Shown here in pieces: positions 1 to 12,431 of a DNA stretch of 64,000 bases. Positions within the stretch are counted from its first letter, which is position 1; every line of letters begins with the position of its first letter. The position numbers were made by a program, and so were the translations under genes. The stretch is from contig NC_086097.1 in the NCBI RefSeq assembly GCF_963921235.1, positions 25,484,001-25,548,000 of the forward strand, given 5' to 3'. The notes under the pieces were generated by a model, which saw nothing but the letters and a program-made list of their open reading frames with translations, was not told where the DNA came from and did not search any database. Source of the DNA: Mobula hypostoma (Eukaryota).

Positions 1-560
1 CAAGATTCTTGCCAAAGTCATTGTCTATCAGATTGCACATGCTGTTGAAGTCTGCTTGAGGAAAAAGCAAGCTGGCTTCAAGAGAAACAGAGGCTGTGTC
101 GACCAGATCTTCACACTGTGCAACATCATAGAATGGTGCACAAAGTAGCAGAAACAACTATATGTGAATTTCATGGACTTTGAAAAGGCTTTTGATAGCA
201 TCCACAGGGAGAGCCTCTGGCAAATTCTTAGATCATATGGGATCCCTTCCAAAATTGTCCAGCTTATTCAGAGTTTCTATGATAATTTTACTTGCACAGT
301 TGGGTACTACAATTTGAGCTTTGAAGTCAAGGCAGGAGTCAGGCAAGGCTGTGTGATGTCAGTGATATTGTTTAACCCGGTGATTGACTGGGTTTTGAGG
401 CAAAGAAAGAAAGATAAGCAGACAGGCATTAGGTGGACTCTATTCTCTACTTTTAGAAGAGTTTGACTTCGCAGATGACCTCACATTACTATCACATACA
501 TTACAGGACATGCAAGAGAAAACTCAGTGTCTGTGTACCTTTGGTGGACAGGTTAGGGTC
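1..560 (+). mobile_element. RTE-clade LINE reverse transcriptase fragment (degenerate)
   Basis: ORF 164-466 has DFEKAFDS and GVRQGC; DFADDL follows at ~465 after a frameshift. Confidence 0.85.
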
Positions 561-564
561 AACC

Positions 565-1136
565 AGAGTTAGCTGACTTTAATGCTGCGGTAGCGTTTCC
601 TAGACGGAAGCAGCTGAATCAGTTTATGGTTGGGATGACTGGTGTCCCTGATGATCTTCCAGGTCTCCTTTCTGCACCTGCTGCTATAAATGTCCTCAAT
701 GGAGGGAAGTTCACATCCACAGATGCACTGGGCTGTCTGTACACTCTCTGCAGTACCTAGTGATCAAGGTTGGTGCAGATCCTGTACCAGGCAGTGATAC
801 AGCCAGTCAGTATGCTCTCAATGGTGCCCCTGTAGAAGGTCTTGAGGATTTGTGAGCCCACGCCGAACTTCTTCAGTTGCCTGAGGTGGAAGAGATGCTG
901 TTACGCTTATTTTGCCACAAATCTGGTGTGTACAGTCCAGGTGAGATCATCAGTGATATGTATACCAAGGAACTTGAAACTGCTCACCCTCTCAACTGCA
1001 GACCCGTCGATGTTGATCGGGCTGAGCCTGTCTCCGTTCCTCCTGTAATCCACATTCAGCTCTTTTGTTTTTTGGACACTGAGGGAGAGGTTGTTATCCT
1101 GGCACCACTGTGTCAGGCTGTCAACCTCTCTGTAAG
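565..1136 (-). mobile_element. Rex1/Babar LINE 3' RT fragment
   Basis: Minus strand reads WCQDNNLSLSVQKTKEL...VERVSSFKFLGIHITDDLTW, the same region seen in the other Rex copies here. Confidence 0.8.
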
Positions 1137-1770
1137 CTTAGGGAATAGAAGAGGGAAGGGGGAGGGAATTTTTTTTTCCCAGAAGGAGAAATTGATGTTC
1201 ATGCCATCAGCTTGGAAGCTATGCAGACGGAATATGAGGTGTTCCTCATTCACCCTGAGAGCCTCAATGTGGCAAAAGAGGAGGCTTTGGGGATAGGATG
1301 TCAGAATGGCAATGGGGATAGGAATTAAAATGGTTGGCAACTGGGAAGTTCCACCTCTTGGCAATTGGAGTGGAGGTGCTTAGCAAAGCGATGCCTTTTA
1401 TCACTACGAGGCCACTTTCAGGATGGAGAAACAACACCTCAAATTCTGTCTGGGCAGCCTCCAACCTGATAGCATGAACATCAATTTCTCCTTCTAGTTT
1501 AAAAAAAAATTCCCTCCCCCTCCCCTCTTCTTATTCTTTTTCTCCCATGATCTATTCCCCTCTCCTATCAGATTCCTTCTTCTCCGGCCTTTTCCCTTAC
1601 TCACCCACCTGGCTTCACCTATCATTTTCTAGCTAGTCCTCTTTCCCTCTGCCATCTTCTTCCTTTCTTTCCAGTCCTGAAGAAGAGTCTTGACAAGAAA
1701 CATTGACTGTTTATTAATTTCCATAGATGCTGCCTGACCTACTGAGTTCCTCCAGCATTTTGTGTGCATT
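1137..1770. mobile_element. Penelope-like element (PLE) relic, two inverted arms
   Basis: Minus arm ~1140-1380 and plus arm ~1395-1770 both encode the GIY-YIG C-terminus (HL.F.L.S.Q..GMNINFS). Possible TSD TCTCTGTAAG (1127-1136) / TCTCTTTAAG (1771-1780). Confidence 0.8.
1672..1709 (+). ncRNA. Degenerate minimal hammerhead ribozyme motif in PLE terminus
   Basis: CAGTC-CTGAAGA-(stem II decayed)-GAAAC-ATT-GACTG. Stem I CAGTC/GACTG and the CUGANGA/GAAA cores are present. Confidence 0.6.
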
Positions 1771-3063
1771 TCTCTTTAAGTTGTGTGGTGCATTCTCTTA
1801 TAAACTATCAGTTTGGTCAGAAGGAAATGCAAGTGTAAAGAAATAAACTCGAGACTTACATTGAAACATGTTGAGAGGATTAGTGGCCAATTACTTATCT
1901 GCATCCAACAGACTTGTCCATACACAAAAAAAAACACAAAACAAACTGAGAATTGGATTTCTGGATAATTCCATTGATCTCTCTATACTCAACCCAGTCG
2001 TGGACTGCTTGGAATTCACTTGCTTTAATCTATCAAGGCAAAAGATCTATTCCTTTAGAACGATAAATTGCCTTCATGCAAAACTCACTGGGTAGAAGCT
2101 GACAATTCTGTCACACATTTTCTACCACTGATGTTAATGTAAGTCTAAATTGGGTTTACCAAGCACATACACTTTATGAAGCCAAATCATGCTGGGACAG
2201 TTTATATCGATTTACCTGACATCTGAGAAACACAAGGTGAAATCTGACTGAACAAGTCCATGTATCTAATACAAATGACATATAAGTAAACTCAACAGAC
2301 AAATGGAGCTAGGCTTTCTGCTTCCCCCTCCAAATCGTCTTTTTCTCAGGTTTCGGGAATCAAGAACCAAAGGGTGATCCTTATATGGAATGAGGTAAGG
2401 CAAGTACATTAACAACGTTTCAAAGTTCAAAGTAAATTTATTCTCAAAGTATATATATGTCACCACATACTACCCTGAGATTCATTTTCTTGTGGGCATT
2501 CACAGTAAATATGAAAAAATACAATAGAATCAATGAAAAACTGCACACACAGATAGTCAACCAAGCAATGTGCAAAAGACAACAAACAATGCAAATAGAA
2601 AAAGTAACAATGGTAAATAAATAAGCAATAAATATCGACAATGTGCATTACAGAGTCCTTGAAAGTGACTCCATAGGTTGTGGAATCAGTTCAGTATTGG
2701 AGTGAGTGAAGTTGAATAAAGTGATCCTCTCAGGTTTGAGACCGTAGTGGTCGAGAGGAAATAATTGTTCCAGAACCTGGTGGTGTGGGACCTGAGGCTT
2801 CTGTACTTCCTCCTGATAGCAGCAACAAGCGCTACAACAAAAAGAAGAGGGACAAATACCACCATAATGAAATAGTAATTAGCTGACACATGCATATTCA
2901 CGAGCGCAATTGCTGAATCTGCTGCACAGCCCACCTACAGGGGCGCATAGAGTCCGTGATTGTGACACTTGCGACAGGGCTCCTTGTAAATGTCTTCAAT
3001 GGTGAGGAAGGCTTTACCCGTTATGGACTGAGTTGTATTCACTAAGTTTTGTAGGCTTTTAGT

Positions 3064-4345
3064 AGTCATAGTCATACTTCATTGATCCCGGGGGAAATTA
3101 GTTTTCGTTACAACTGCACCATAAATAATAAATAGTAATAAACCTTAAATAGTAAATTATGCCAGTAAATTATGAAATAAGTCCAGGACCAGCCTATTGG
3201 CTCAGGGTGTCTGACCCTCCAAGGGAGGAGTTGTAAAGTTTGATGGCCACAGGCAGGAATGACTTCCTATGACGCTCTGTGTTGCATCTCAGTGGAATGA
3301 GTCTCTGGCTGAATGTACTCCTGTGCCCACCCAGTACATTATGTAGTGGATGGGAGACATTGTCCAAGATGGCATGCAACTTAGACAGCATCATCTTTTC
3401 AGACACCACCGTGAGAGAGTCCAGTTCCATCCCCACAACATCACTGGCCTTACGAATGAGTTTGTTGATTCTGTTGGTGTCTGCTACCCTCAGCCTGCTG
3501 CTCCAGCACACAACAACAAACATGATAGCACTGGCCACCATAGACTCGTATAACATCCTCAGCATCATCTGGCAGATGCTAAAGGACCTCAGTCTCCTCA
3601 GGAAATAGAGACGGCTCTGACCCTTCTTGTAGACAGCCTCAGTGTTCTTTGACCAGTCCAGTTTATTGTCAATTCGTATCCCCAGGTATTTGTAATCCTC
3701 CACCATGTCCACACTGACCCCCTGGATGGAAACAGGGGTCATCGGTACCTTAGCTCTCCTCAGGTCTACCACCAGCTCCTTAGTCTTTTTCACATTAAGC
3801 TGCAGATAATTCTGCTCACACCATGTGACAAAGTTTCCTACCGTAGCCCTGTACTCAGCCTCATCTCCCTTGCTGATGCATCCAACTATGGCAGAGTCAT
3901 CTGAAAACTTCTGAAGATGGCAGGACTCTGTGCAGTAGTTGAAGTCCGAGGTGTAAATGGTGAAAAGAAAGGGAGACAAGACAGTCCCCTGTGGAGCCCC
4001 AGTGCTGCTGATCACTCTGTCGGACACACAGTGTTGCAAGCACATGTACTGTGGTCTGCCAGTCAAGAATCAAGAATCAAGAATCCATGACACCAGGGAA
4101 ACATCCACCTGCATCGCTGTCAGCTTCTCCCCCAGCAGAGCAGGGCGGATGGTGTTGAATGCACTGGAGAAGTCAAAAACATGACCCTCACAATGCTCGC
4201 TGGCTTGTCCAGGTGGGCGTAGACACTGTTCAGCAGGTAGACGATGGCATCCTCAGCTCCTAGTTGGGGCTGGTAGGCGAACTGGAGGGGGTCCAAGTGT
4301 GGCCTGACCATAGGCCGGAGCAGCTTTCTGTTCAAGACCATTAGT
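3064..4345 (-). mobile_element. Young 5'-truncated Rex1/Babar LINE
   Basis: ORFs 4120-4353 (LDPLQFAY) and 3194-4066 (GAPQGTVLSP, FSDD); (ATGACT)n tail; near-identical copy at 41113-41925. Confidence 0.9.
3194..4066 (-). pseudogene. Rex1/Babar RT C-terminal half (290-aa open stretch)
   Basis: QG and FSDD RT motifs, then KYLG..ID..LDW; the frame is broken upstream at an (AAGAATC)3 expansion near 4065-4085. Confidence 0.85.
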
Positions 4346-4505
4346 ACTTCCATATCAAATCAAGCTGTGAAGCAACTAAACAGTATGATCTACACTATAC
4401 ATATATAGAAGTTTGTTTAAGTTTTAAATAACATCCAAAATTTCGCTCTGGGTGCTTTATTCGTAATGGCACTTACATGCTGAACCCAGGGGACAGATCC
4501 TCTGA

Positions 4506-7500
4506 AACAGAAACATAGAAAACCTACAGCACAATACAGGCCCTTTGGCCCACAAAACTGTGCCAAACATCTCCTTACCTTAGAACTACCTAGGCCTACC
4601 CGTAGCCCTCTATTTTTCTAAGCTCCATGTATCCATCCAGGAGCCTCTTAAAAGACCCTATCGTTTCCGCCTCCACCTCCACCACCGGCAGTCTATTCCA
4701 CGTACTCACCACTCTCTGCATAAAAAAAACTTCCCCTGACATCTCCTCTGTACCTACTTCCAAGCACCTTAAAACTATGCTCTTTCTTGCTAGCCATTTC
4801 AACCCTGGGACAAAGCCTCTGACTATCCACACGATTAACGCCTCTCATTATCTTGTACACCTCTATCAGGTCACCTCTCATCCTCCGTCGCTCCAAGGAG
4901 AAAAGGCCGAGTTCACTCAACCTATTCTCATATGGCATGCTCCCCAATCCAGGCAACATCCTTGTAAATCTCCTCTGCATCCTTTCTATGGTTTCCACAT
5001 CCTACCTGTAGTGAGACAACTAGAATTGAGCACAGTACTCCAAGTGGGGTCTGACCAGGGTCCTATATAGCTGCAACATTATCTCTCAGCTTTTAAACTC
5101 AATCCCACGATTGATGAAGGCCAATGCACCGTATGCCTTCTTAACCGCAGAGTCCACCTACATAGCAGCTTTGAGTGTCCTATGGACTCGGACCCCAAGA
5201 TCCCTCTGATCCTCCACACTGCCAAGTGCCTTGCCCTTAATGCTATATTCTGCCATCATATTTGACTTACCAAAATGAAACACCTCACAGTTATCTGGGT
5301 TGAACTCCATCTGCCACTTCTCAGCCCAGTTTTGCATCCTATCAATGTCCCGTTGTAACCTCTGACAGCCCTCAGCCTCCACGCTATCTACAACACCCCC
5401 AACCTTTCTGTCATCAGCAAATTTACTAATCCATCCCTCCACTTCCTCATCCAGGTCACTTATAAAAATCATGAAGAGTAAGGATCCCAGAACCGATCCC
5501 TGAGGCACTCCACTGGTGACCGACCTCCATGCAGAATATGACCCGTCTACTACCACTCTTTGCCTTCTGTGGGCAAGCCAGTTTTGGATCCACAAAGCAA
5601 TGTCCCCTTGGATTCAATGCCTTCTCACTTTCTCAATAAGCCTTGCATGGGGTAGCTTATCAAATGCCTTGCTAAAATGCATATACAACTACAGTTCTAC
5701 CTTCATCAATGTGTTTAGTCACATCCTCAAAAAATTCAATGCAGCTCGTAAGGCACGACCTGCCTTTGACCTGCCTGACCTTCTCCACCAACTTACCAAC
5801 CACTGAAGTAAGATCCATTGGTCTATAATTTCCTGGGCTATCCCTACTCCCTTTCTTGAATAAGAGAACAATATCTACAACCCTCCGATCCTCCGGAACC
5901 TCTCTCATCCTCGTTGATGATGCAAAGATCATTGACAGAGCTCAGCAATCTCATCCTTCGCTTCTCACAGTAGCCTGGGGTACATCCCGTCCGGTCCCAA
6001 TGACTTATCCAATTGATGTTTTCCAAAAGCTCCAGCACATCCTCTTCCTTAATATCTACATGCTCAAGCTTTTCAGTCCACTGCAAGTCATCCCTACAAT
6101 CACCAAGATCTTTCTCCGTAGTGAATACTGAAGCAAAGTATTCATTAAGTACCTCTGCCATCTCCTCCAGTTCTATACACACTTGATTGGTCCTATTCTC
6201 TCACGTCTTATCCTCTTGCTCTTCACATACTTGTAGAATGCCTTGAGGTTTTCCTTAATCCTGTCTGCCAAGGCCTTCCCATGGCCCCTTCTGGCTCTCC
6301 TAATTTCATTCTTAAGTTCCTTCCTGCTAGCCTCTAGTCTTCTAGATCTCGATCATTACCTAGTTTTTTGAACCTTTCATAAGCTCTTCTTTTCTTCTTG
6401 ACTAGACTTACAACAGCCTTTGTACACCATGGTTCCTGTATGCTACCCATCCTTTCCCTGTCTCATTGGAACATACCTTCGCAGAACCCCACGCAAATAT
6501 CCCCTGAACATTTGCCACATTTCTTCCGTACATTTCCCTGAGAACATCTGTTTCCAATTTATGCTTCCAAGTTCCTGCCTGATAGCCTCATCATTCCACT
6601 TACTCCAATTAAATGTTTCCCTAACTTGTCTGTTCCTATCCCTCTCCAATGCTATGGTAAAGGAGATAGAATTGTAATCACTATCTCCAAAATGCTCTCC
6701 CACTGAGAGATCTGACACCTGAGCAGGTTCATTTCTCAATACCAGATCAAGTACAGCCTCTCCTCTTGTAGGCTTATCTACATATTGTGTCAAGAAACCT
6801 TCCTGAACACACCTTACAAACTCCACCCCATCTAAACCCTCCACTCTAGGGAGATGCCAATCAATATTTGGGAAATTACAATCTCCCACCACAACAACCC
6901 TGTTATTATTACTCCTTTCCAGAATCTGTCTCTATATCTGCTCTTCGATGTCCCTGTTACTATTGGATGGTCTGTAAAAAACACCCAGAGTTATTGACCT
7001 CTTCCTATTCCTAACTTCCACCCACAGAGACTCCGTAGACAACCCCTCCATGACTTCCACCTTCTCTGCAGCTGTGACACTATCTCTGATCAACAGTGCC
7101 AAGCCCCCACCTCTTTTACCTCCCTCCCTGTCCTTTCTGAAACATCTAAAGCTTGGCACTTGAAATAGCCATTCCTGCCCCTGCACCATTCAAGTCTCTG
7201 TAATGGCCACAACATTGCTCTAAGTGCTGATCCATGCTCTAAGCTCACCCGCTTCATTCATAATACCCCTCACATTAAAATAGACATATCTCAGACCACC
7301 GGTCTGAGCGCATCCCTTCTCTATCACCTGCCTATCCTCCCTTTCGCACCGTCTCCAAGCTTTCTCTATTTGTGAACCAACCTCCCTTTCCTCCGTCACT
7401 TCAGTTCGGTTCCCACACCCCAGCAACTCTAGCTTAAACTCTCCCCAACGGCCTTTGCAAACCTCCCCGCCAGGATATTGGTCCTCCTCAGATTCAAGTA

Positions 7501-8065
7501 TATCCTTTTTGTACAGGTCACATCTGCCCCAGAAGAGGTCCCAATGATCCAGAAATCTGAATCCCTGCCCCCTACTCCAATCCATAGCCACACATTTATC
7601 CTCCACCTTATTCTATTCCTATACTGTACTCACTGTCACGTGGCACAGGCAGTAATCCTGAGATTACAACCTTTGAGGCCCTGCTTCTCAACTTCGGCTG
7701 GTGCCGCAGTGACATCAGTGCCGGACTCCGGAACGGAGGTTCCCGGGTTCTAATCCAGTCAGGCCATTCCCAACTGAGCGGGTTGAGTGTTGAGCTCGCA
7801 ACTCGACCTCGTAAAAATAAAGAAAAATACTGCAAAATGTCTGTGCGAGGAGTGATTGCCCCACACGGCCTTCCGATCTGCACCTTGTAAGGCATGAAAA
7901 TGCCCGACACTGGCCTCTCAGGCCTAAGTCGACATCATCATCATCATTCTCAACCTCCTTTCTAACTCCTTGCAGTCTGCTTTCAGGGCCTCCTCACTTT
8001 TCCTACCTATGTCATTGGTACCAATATGTACCATGACCTCTGGCTGTTCTCCTTCCCACTTCAAA
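4506..8065 (-). mobile_element. CR1 LINE, long degenerate copy (part of ORF1 esterase plus ORF2 EN-RT)
   Basis: [34 protein letters not shown]1 GFRFLDHWDLFW; (TTTCTATG)-type tail at ~4506. Confidence 0.9.
7695..7946 (+). mobile_element. tRNA-derived SINE with (CAT)n tail inserted in CR1 ORF1
   Basis: A/B-box-like head (GGTGCCGCAGTGAC, GGTTCTAATCC); TSD TTCTCAACTT (7685-7694) / TTCTCAACCT (7947-7956). Confidence 0.85.
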
Positions 8066-8069
8066 ATAT

Positions 8070-9950
8070 GTCGTGATATGAAATGATAACGCCAAGGAAA
8101 TTAAAGTTGCTGACCCTCTCCACCTCTAATCTCCTGATGACAACTGTTCCATGGACTTCTAGTTTCCTGATCCTGTAGTCTATAATCAGTTGTTTGCTTA
8201 TGCTGACATTGAGTGAGAAGATATTGTTGTGGCATCATTCAACCAGATTTTCAATTACCCTCCTGAATGCTGATTTATTACCTCCTTTAATTCGGCCAGT
8301 GGCGGTGGTGCGATCAGCAAACTTAAATATGACATTGGAGCTGTGCTTGGTCTCGTAGTCATAAGTTAAAGTGAACATAACAGGGGGCTAAGCACACAGC
8401 CTTGTAATACACCTAGAGGTTGTGAAGGAGATGTTGTTGCCCATCTGAACTGAATTTGGTCTGCAAGTGAGGATATCGAGGATCCAGTTGCACAAGGAGG
8501 TATTGAGGCCTAGGTCTTGGACCTTATTAATTAGTTTTGAGGAAATGATAGTGTTGAATGCAGAGCTGTAGTCAATGAAGTGCATCCTGTGTATGCATTT
8601 TTACTGTCCAGATGTTCCAGGGTTTAGTGATGAACAAATGAAATGGCATCTGCTGTTGACCTGTTGTGATGGTAGGCAAGTTGAAGTGGATCTGAGTCGC
8701 TTCTCAGGCAGGAGTTGATATGTTTCATCACCACCCTCTCAGTACACTTCATCACAGTGGATGTAAGCGATATTGGATGATTGCCATTGAAGGGGGTTAC
8801 CACGACCTTCTTGGGCATTGGTATAACTGAAGCCTGCTTGAAGGAGGTGGGTATCACAAAATGCTGAAGCGAGAGGTTAAAGATATCAGTGAACACTCCA
8901 GACAGTACCTTAAAGTACGAGGTAGGAAGTGATAGGTGAAACCAGGAGAGAGGGAGGGGTGAAGAGAAGAGCTGAGAAGTCCATTGGTGATGGAGATAAA
9001 GGGCTGGAGAAGGGGGAACCTGATAGGAGGGGAGAGAAGGTCATGGAAGAAAGGGAAGGGGGAAGAGAACCAGAGGGAGGTGATGGACAGGTAAGCAAAT
9101 AAGGTGAGAGAGGAAATGGGAATGGGGAATAGTGAAGGAGAAGAGGGGGGGCATTGCCTTGTACACTACCTTGTATTTCTTCCTCTCCCCTCCCACCTTC
9201 TTACTCTGACTTGTCATCTCTCTTTTCCAGTTCTGATAAAGGGTCTTGGCCCGCAATGTCAATCGTTTACTCTTTCCCATAGATGCTGTCTGGCTTGCTG
9301 AGTTCCTCCAGCATTTTGTGTGTATAACTCCAGCCAGCTGATTAACACAGCCTTCAGTATTCAGCCAGGTACCCCATCTGAGCAGGAAGCTTTCTGTGGG
9401 ATTACACTCCTGAACAATGCTCTCATAACGGCCTCAGAAAATGAAATCACAGGGATGTCAGTGGCTGTGGGAGTTCATGAAAGTACCTCCATACTTTGTC
9501 AGTCCAAAATAAGCATAAAAAGCATTGAGCTCATCTGGGAACAAAACCTCGTTGTCACCTGTCACTTGGTTTCACTTTGTAGAAGTGTTTGTATCCAAGC
9601 CCTGTCACAGTATCGAGCATCCTTCAGTGATTCGAGTTTGGTCTGGAATTGTCACTTTGTACGTGAGATAGATTTCCGAAGGTCATACCTGGACCTTTTG
9701 TATTTTATTTGGTGCCAGACCTAAACGCCCTCAACAGAATGTGAATCTCTTGGCTGATCCAGGGCTTCTGCATGGGGAAGAGTGATTTTGTGGGAATATT
9801 CTCATTCACAACTGACTTTATAAAGTTCATGATAACCGTAGCATATTCGTTCAGATTCTTCATTAAGTCCTTGAATATGGCCCAGTCCACTGACCTGAAG
9901 TAATCCTGTAGCCACTCCTCAGCCTCCCGCAACCACCTCTTTGTTGTCCT
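8070..9950 (-). mobile_element. Rex1/Babar LINE internal fragment, interrupted by a PLE
   Basis: [19 protein letters not shown] and LQDYFRSVDW..KPWI motifs in ORFs 8388-8585, 8624-8896 and 9705-9932. Confidence 0.85.
8906..9326. mobile_element. PLE terminal-repeat relic with inverted arms
   Basis: Purine-rich minus arm, then a plus arm with a hammerhead-like motif (9228-9265); TSD ACTCCAGACAG (8895-8905) / ACTCCAGCCAG (9327-9337). Confidence 0.75.
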
Positions 9951-10096
9951 TCAAAGGTTCAAAGGATTGTTTATTATCAAAGACTACAACTCTAAACTGT
10001 AAGACTGAAAAAAAGTCTGCAGTCCAAATTCATATCCAAAACGCAGAAAACCTGAGTAACTTTCTCCAGGCACAGTGGCAGGTTCTCACATCTCAG

Positions 10097-10226
10097 GCAG
10101 CAGAGCTATCCCCCGTGATCAAAAGGCAGTCTCCCCTCTCTGTAGCAGAGCAAAACCACCAGTGATCAAAAGGCAGTCTCCCCTCTCCAGCAGCAGAGTG
10201 ATCCCCCAGCGATCAAAAGGCAGCAA
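10097..10226. repeat. Three imperfect ~47-bp tandem units (GCAGCAGAG...GATCAAAAGGCAGTCTCCCCTCTC)
   Basis: GATCAAAAGGCAG recurs three times at similar spacing. Confidence 0.85.
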
Positions 10227-10584
10227 TCCTTACCTCTGGAGCTAAACTTTGACTGATAAAGCATGGAGGTATCTTCGCGAATTCCCACAGCCCTGACTAC
10301 TCTGTGATTTCAGTTTCTGAGGCCACTGTGAGAGCATCCTTCAGGAGAGTGAACTCAGAGAAAGCTTAAGCTGCTGAATGTATCCTACTGTTCATCCTAG
10401 GTATCCCCTGCTAAACCCAATCAGTATTCTAATCCTGGGATCATCAAACTCATAGGTTCATACTGCTCGGAAATAGATTATTCAGCCCAACTGGTCTATA
10501 CTGACTAAGATTTCCTTCCAAACTTGATTTGCCTGCGTTTGGCCCATATCCTTCTGGACCTTTCCAATCTATGTCCAAAAGTCT

Positions 10585-11045
10585 TAAACTGAGAGAGTTC
10601 TCCTCTGTGGTCCTGACTGCAATCTACATAATGCCAAAGGGTGATGTTAAGCAAGCATTTGATGTATTGAATGCCACTATCAGAAAACAACAAACAGCCT
10701 ACCCCAACACCTTTCAAATCATTGCCAGTGACTCCAATTAGACTCGCTTGAAGAAATCTCTGCCCAATTATCATCTACATATCGCCTGCAGCACCAGGGG
10801 TCTCAAAGCACTCAGCTACTGTTACACTACGATTAGAAATGCCTACTGTTCCACAGCTAGAGCGAATTTTGGGAAATCTAATCAATTGGAAGTTCTTCGC
10901 CTACCTGCAGGCCAAAGAGCAAGACTCCATAGGTAAGGACAACAAAGAACTGATCATGGGAATCAGAGAAACACCTACATGACTGCTTCGAGATAGGTGG
11001 TCTGGGCCATATTCAAGAACTTATCAAAGAATCTCAAAGAATTTT
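10585..11045 (+). mobile_element. Rex1/Babar endonuclease fragment
   Basis: LREFSSVVLTAIYI...FQIIASDSN and CYTTIRNAY..FGKS. Confidence 0.8.
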
Positions 11046-11975
11046 GAGCTGCTTGTTTATTACAGCTGTCTTCCAGTCATCACTGATGTCTTGGAGGTTA
11101 TAAGTGAGGCCAACCACCTTTGTTCGAACAGTCCAACATCCCAGTTTTAGAGTTGGTCTCGTTTAATGTGTTGTCGTGCCTGGTGCAGTGTTTTTGATTT
11201 GCAGTTTGGATAACACCCAATCAGACAGTGGCAGGACAGTACCTTTTTGACTGGGGGCTGAGCAGCTTAAGGCAGGAGGTAGCTATCCAGTGAGATCCAA
11301 GAATCTCTCCCACCTTCCAAAGCAAACCCTGGCACCACATTCTACGTCAATTGAGTACAGTGGCTTATAACCGGTAACCGCTGCTTTCCGTGTTGTGTCG
11401 ACGTCATGAGGCAAATCAGGAATGTCCACTCCTGAACAGTGTCAAAGCTGCAAGGTGAAGTTAATACTCAAGCCAGTATGCAAACCAGGGCAGTACCACA
11501 TTGAGAGCAAGCTGTTGCCCATACAGCAGACTCCCACTCCCCAAAGGAATGGCAGAGACAGATGCATTTTGGCACCTGCGACGTTGCAGGAGTTGCCAGT
11601 CAGCATTGAACTCAACATAGGGACCCCAGCTCTGGATCTTTCCTTGGATTTACTCCCGAGGTCTTCCCAAGGACCGGGAATAGCCACAAGGCAGTGGAGG
11701 TTTGTAATCAGTGTTTTCCTCGTCCTAGATAAGCTTCCAACCATAGCTGCTGAGCCTTACCTACCAGAAGCAACTGGTTTTAATGCACCAGTAACCCACC
11801 TTTGCCCCTTCTCCAGTCAGTAGAAACAGTCCCACCAGCTTAGTAACTAAGCCACACGTGACGACCAGGAGCTGGACTTGATCGTCAGAAGCTACCTGAG
11901 GCGTGCGTCTTTGGGAGCATTTTAATAGGTAGTGGAAGTTCATCCCCACTAGTCCCTGGGCTATGAAAACCTTAA
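11045..11975 (-). mobile_element. RTE LINE 5'UTR and endonuclease N-terminus
   Basis: Minus strand reads LKLGCWTVRT...LQDISDDWKTAVINKQL, preceded by a long UTR. Confidence 0.7.
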
Positions 11976-12431
11976 GGAACACAGTTGAATGTTTACCCTT
12001 TTCCATCAATACGGGCTGATCTGCTGAATTCCTACAGCATTTTGTGTGTGTTGTAACACTCTTGCCTGCTTTACCACACGAGTATTGGAGAACTCCAAAC
12101 TCCATGTGAAAACAAAGTCGTGAGTGTAAGACACTTATGTCGCCAGCACATTACAGCACAGCAGCGGGACCTGGACAACATATGCTAAGCAGGAAAAAAG
12201 GCCTTCAATTTAAAGTGCCTTTGTCACATCTCAGATATCTTCCAGAGAAACAGAGTACCCAATCCTGAGGCTCTCTCTCGTGCCAGCCTCCCTAGCGTGT
12301 ACAACCTGCTCAAACAGCGTAGCTGCACTGGCTGGGCCATATCTGCCGCAAGACAGCCTCCACGTACTGTGAGCTGGCTTTAGTCATGAGAACCGCTGAC
12401 CGCCTGCAACTGTGCTACAGGGATATCTGCA

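Larger units (their letters stand above)
2420..4505 (-). mobile_element. Old Rex1/Babar 3' portion (2420-3063 and ~4350-4505), split by a younger Rex
   Basis: Carries the recurrent tail ...AAGAAAATGAATCTCAGGG...TACTTTGA.AATAAATTTACTTTGAAC on the minus strand; decayed RT resumes after 4350. Confidence 0.7.
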
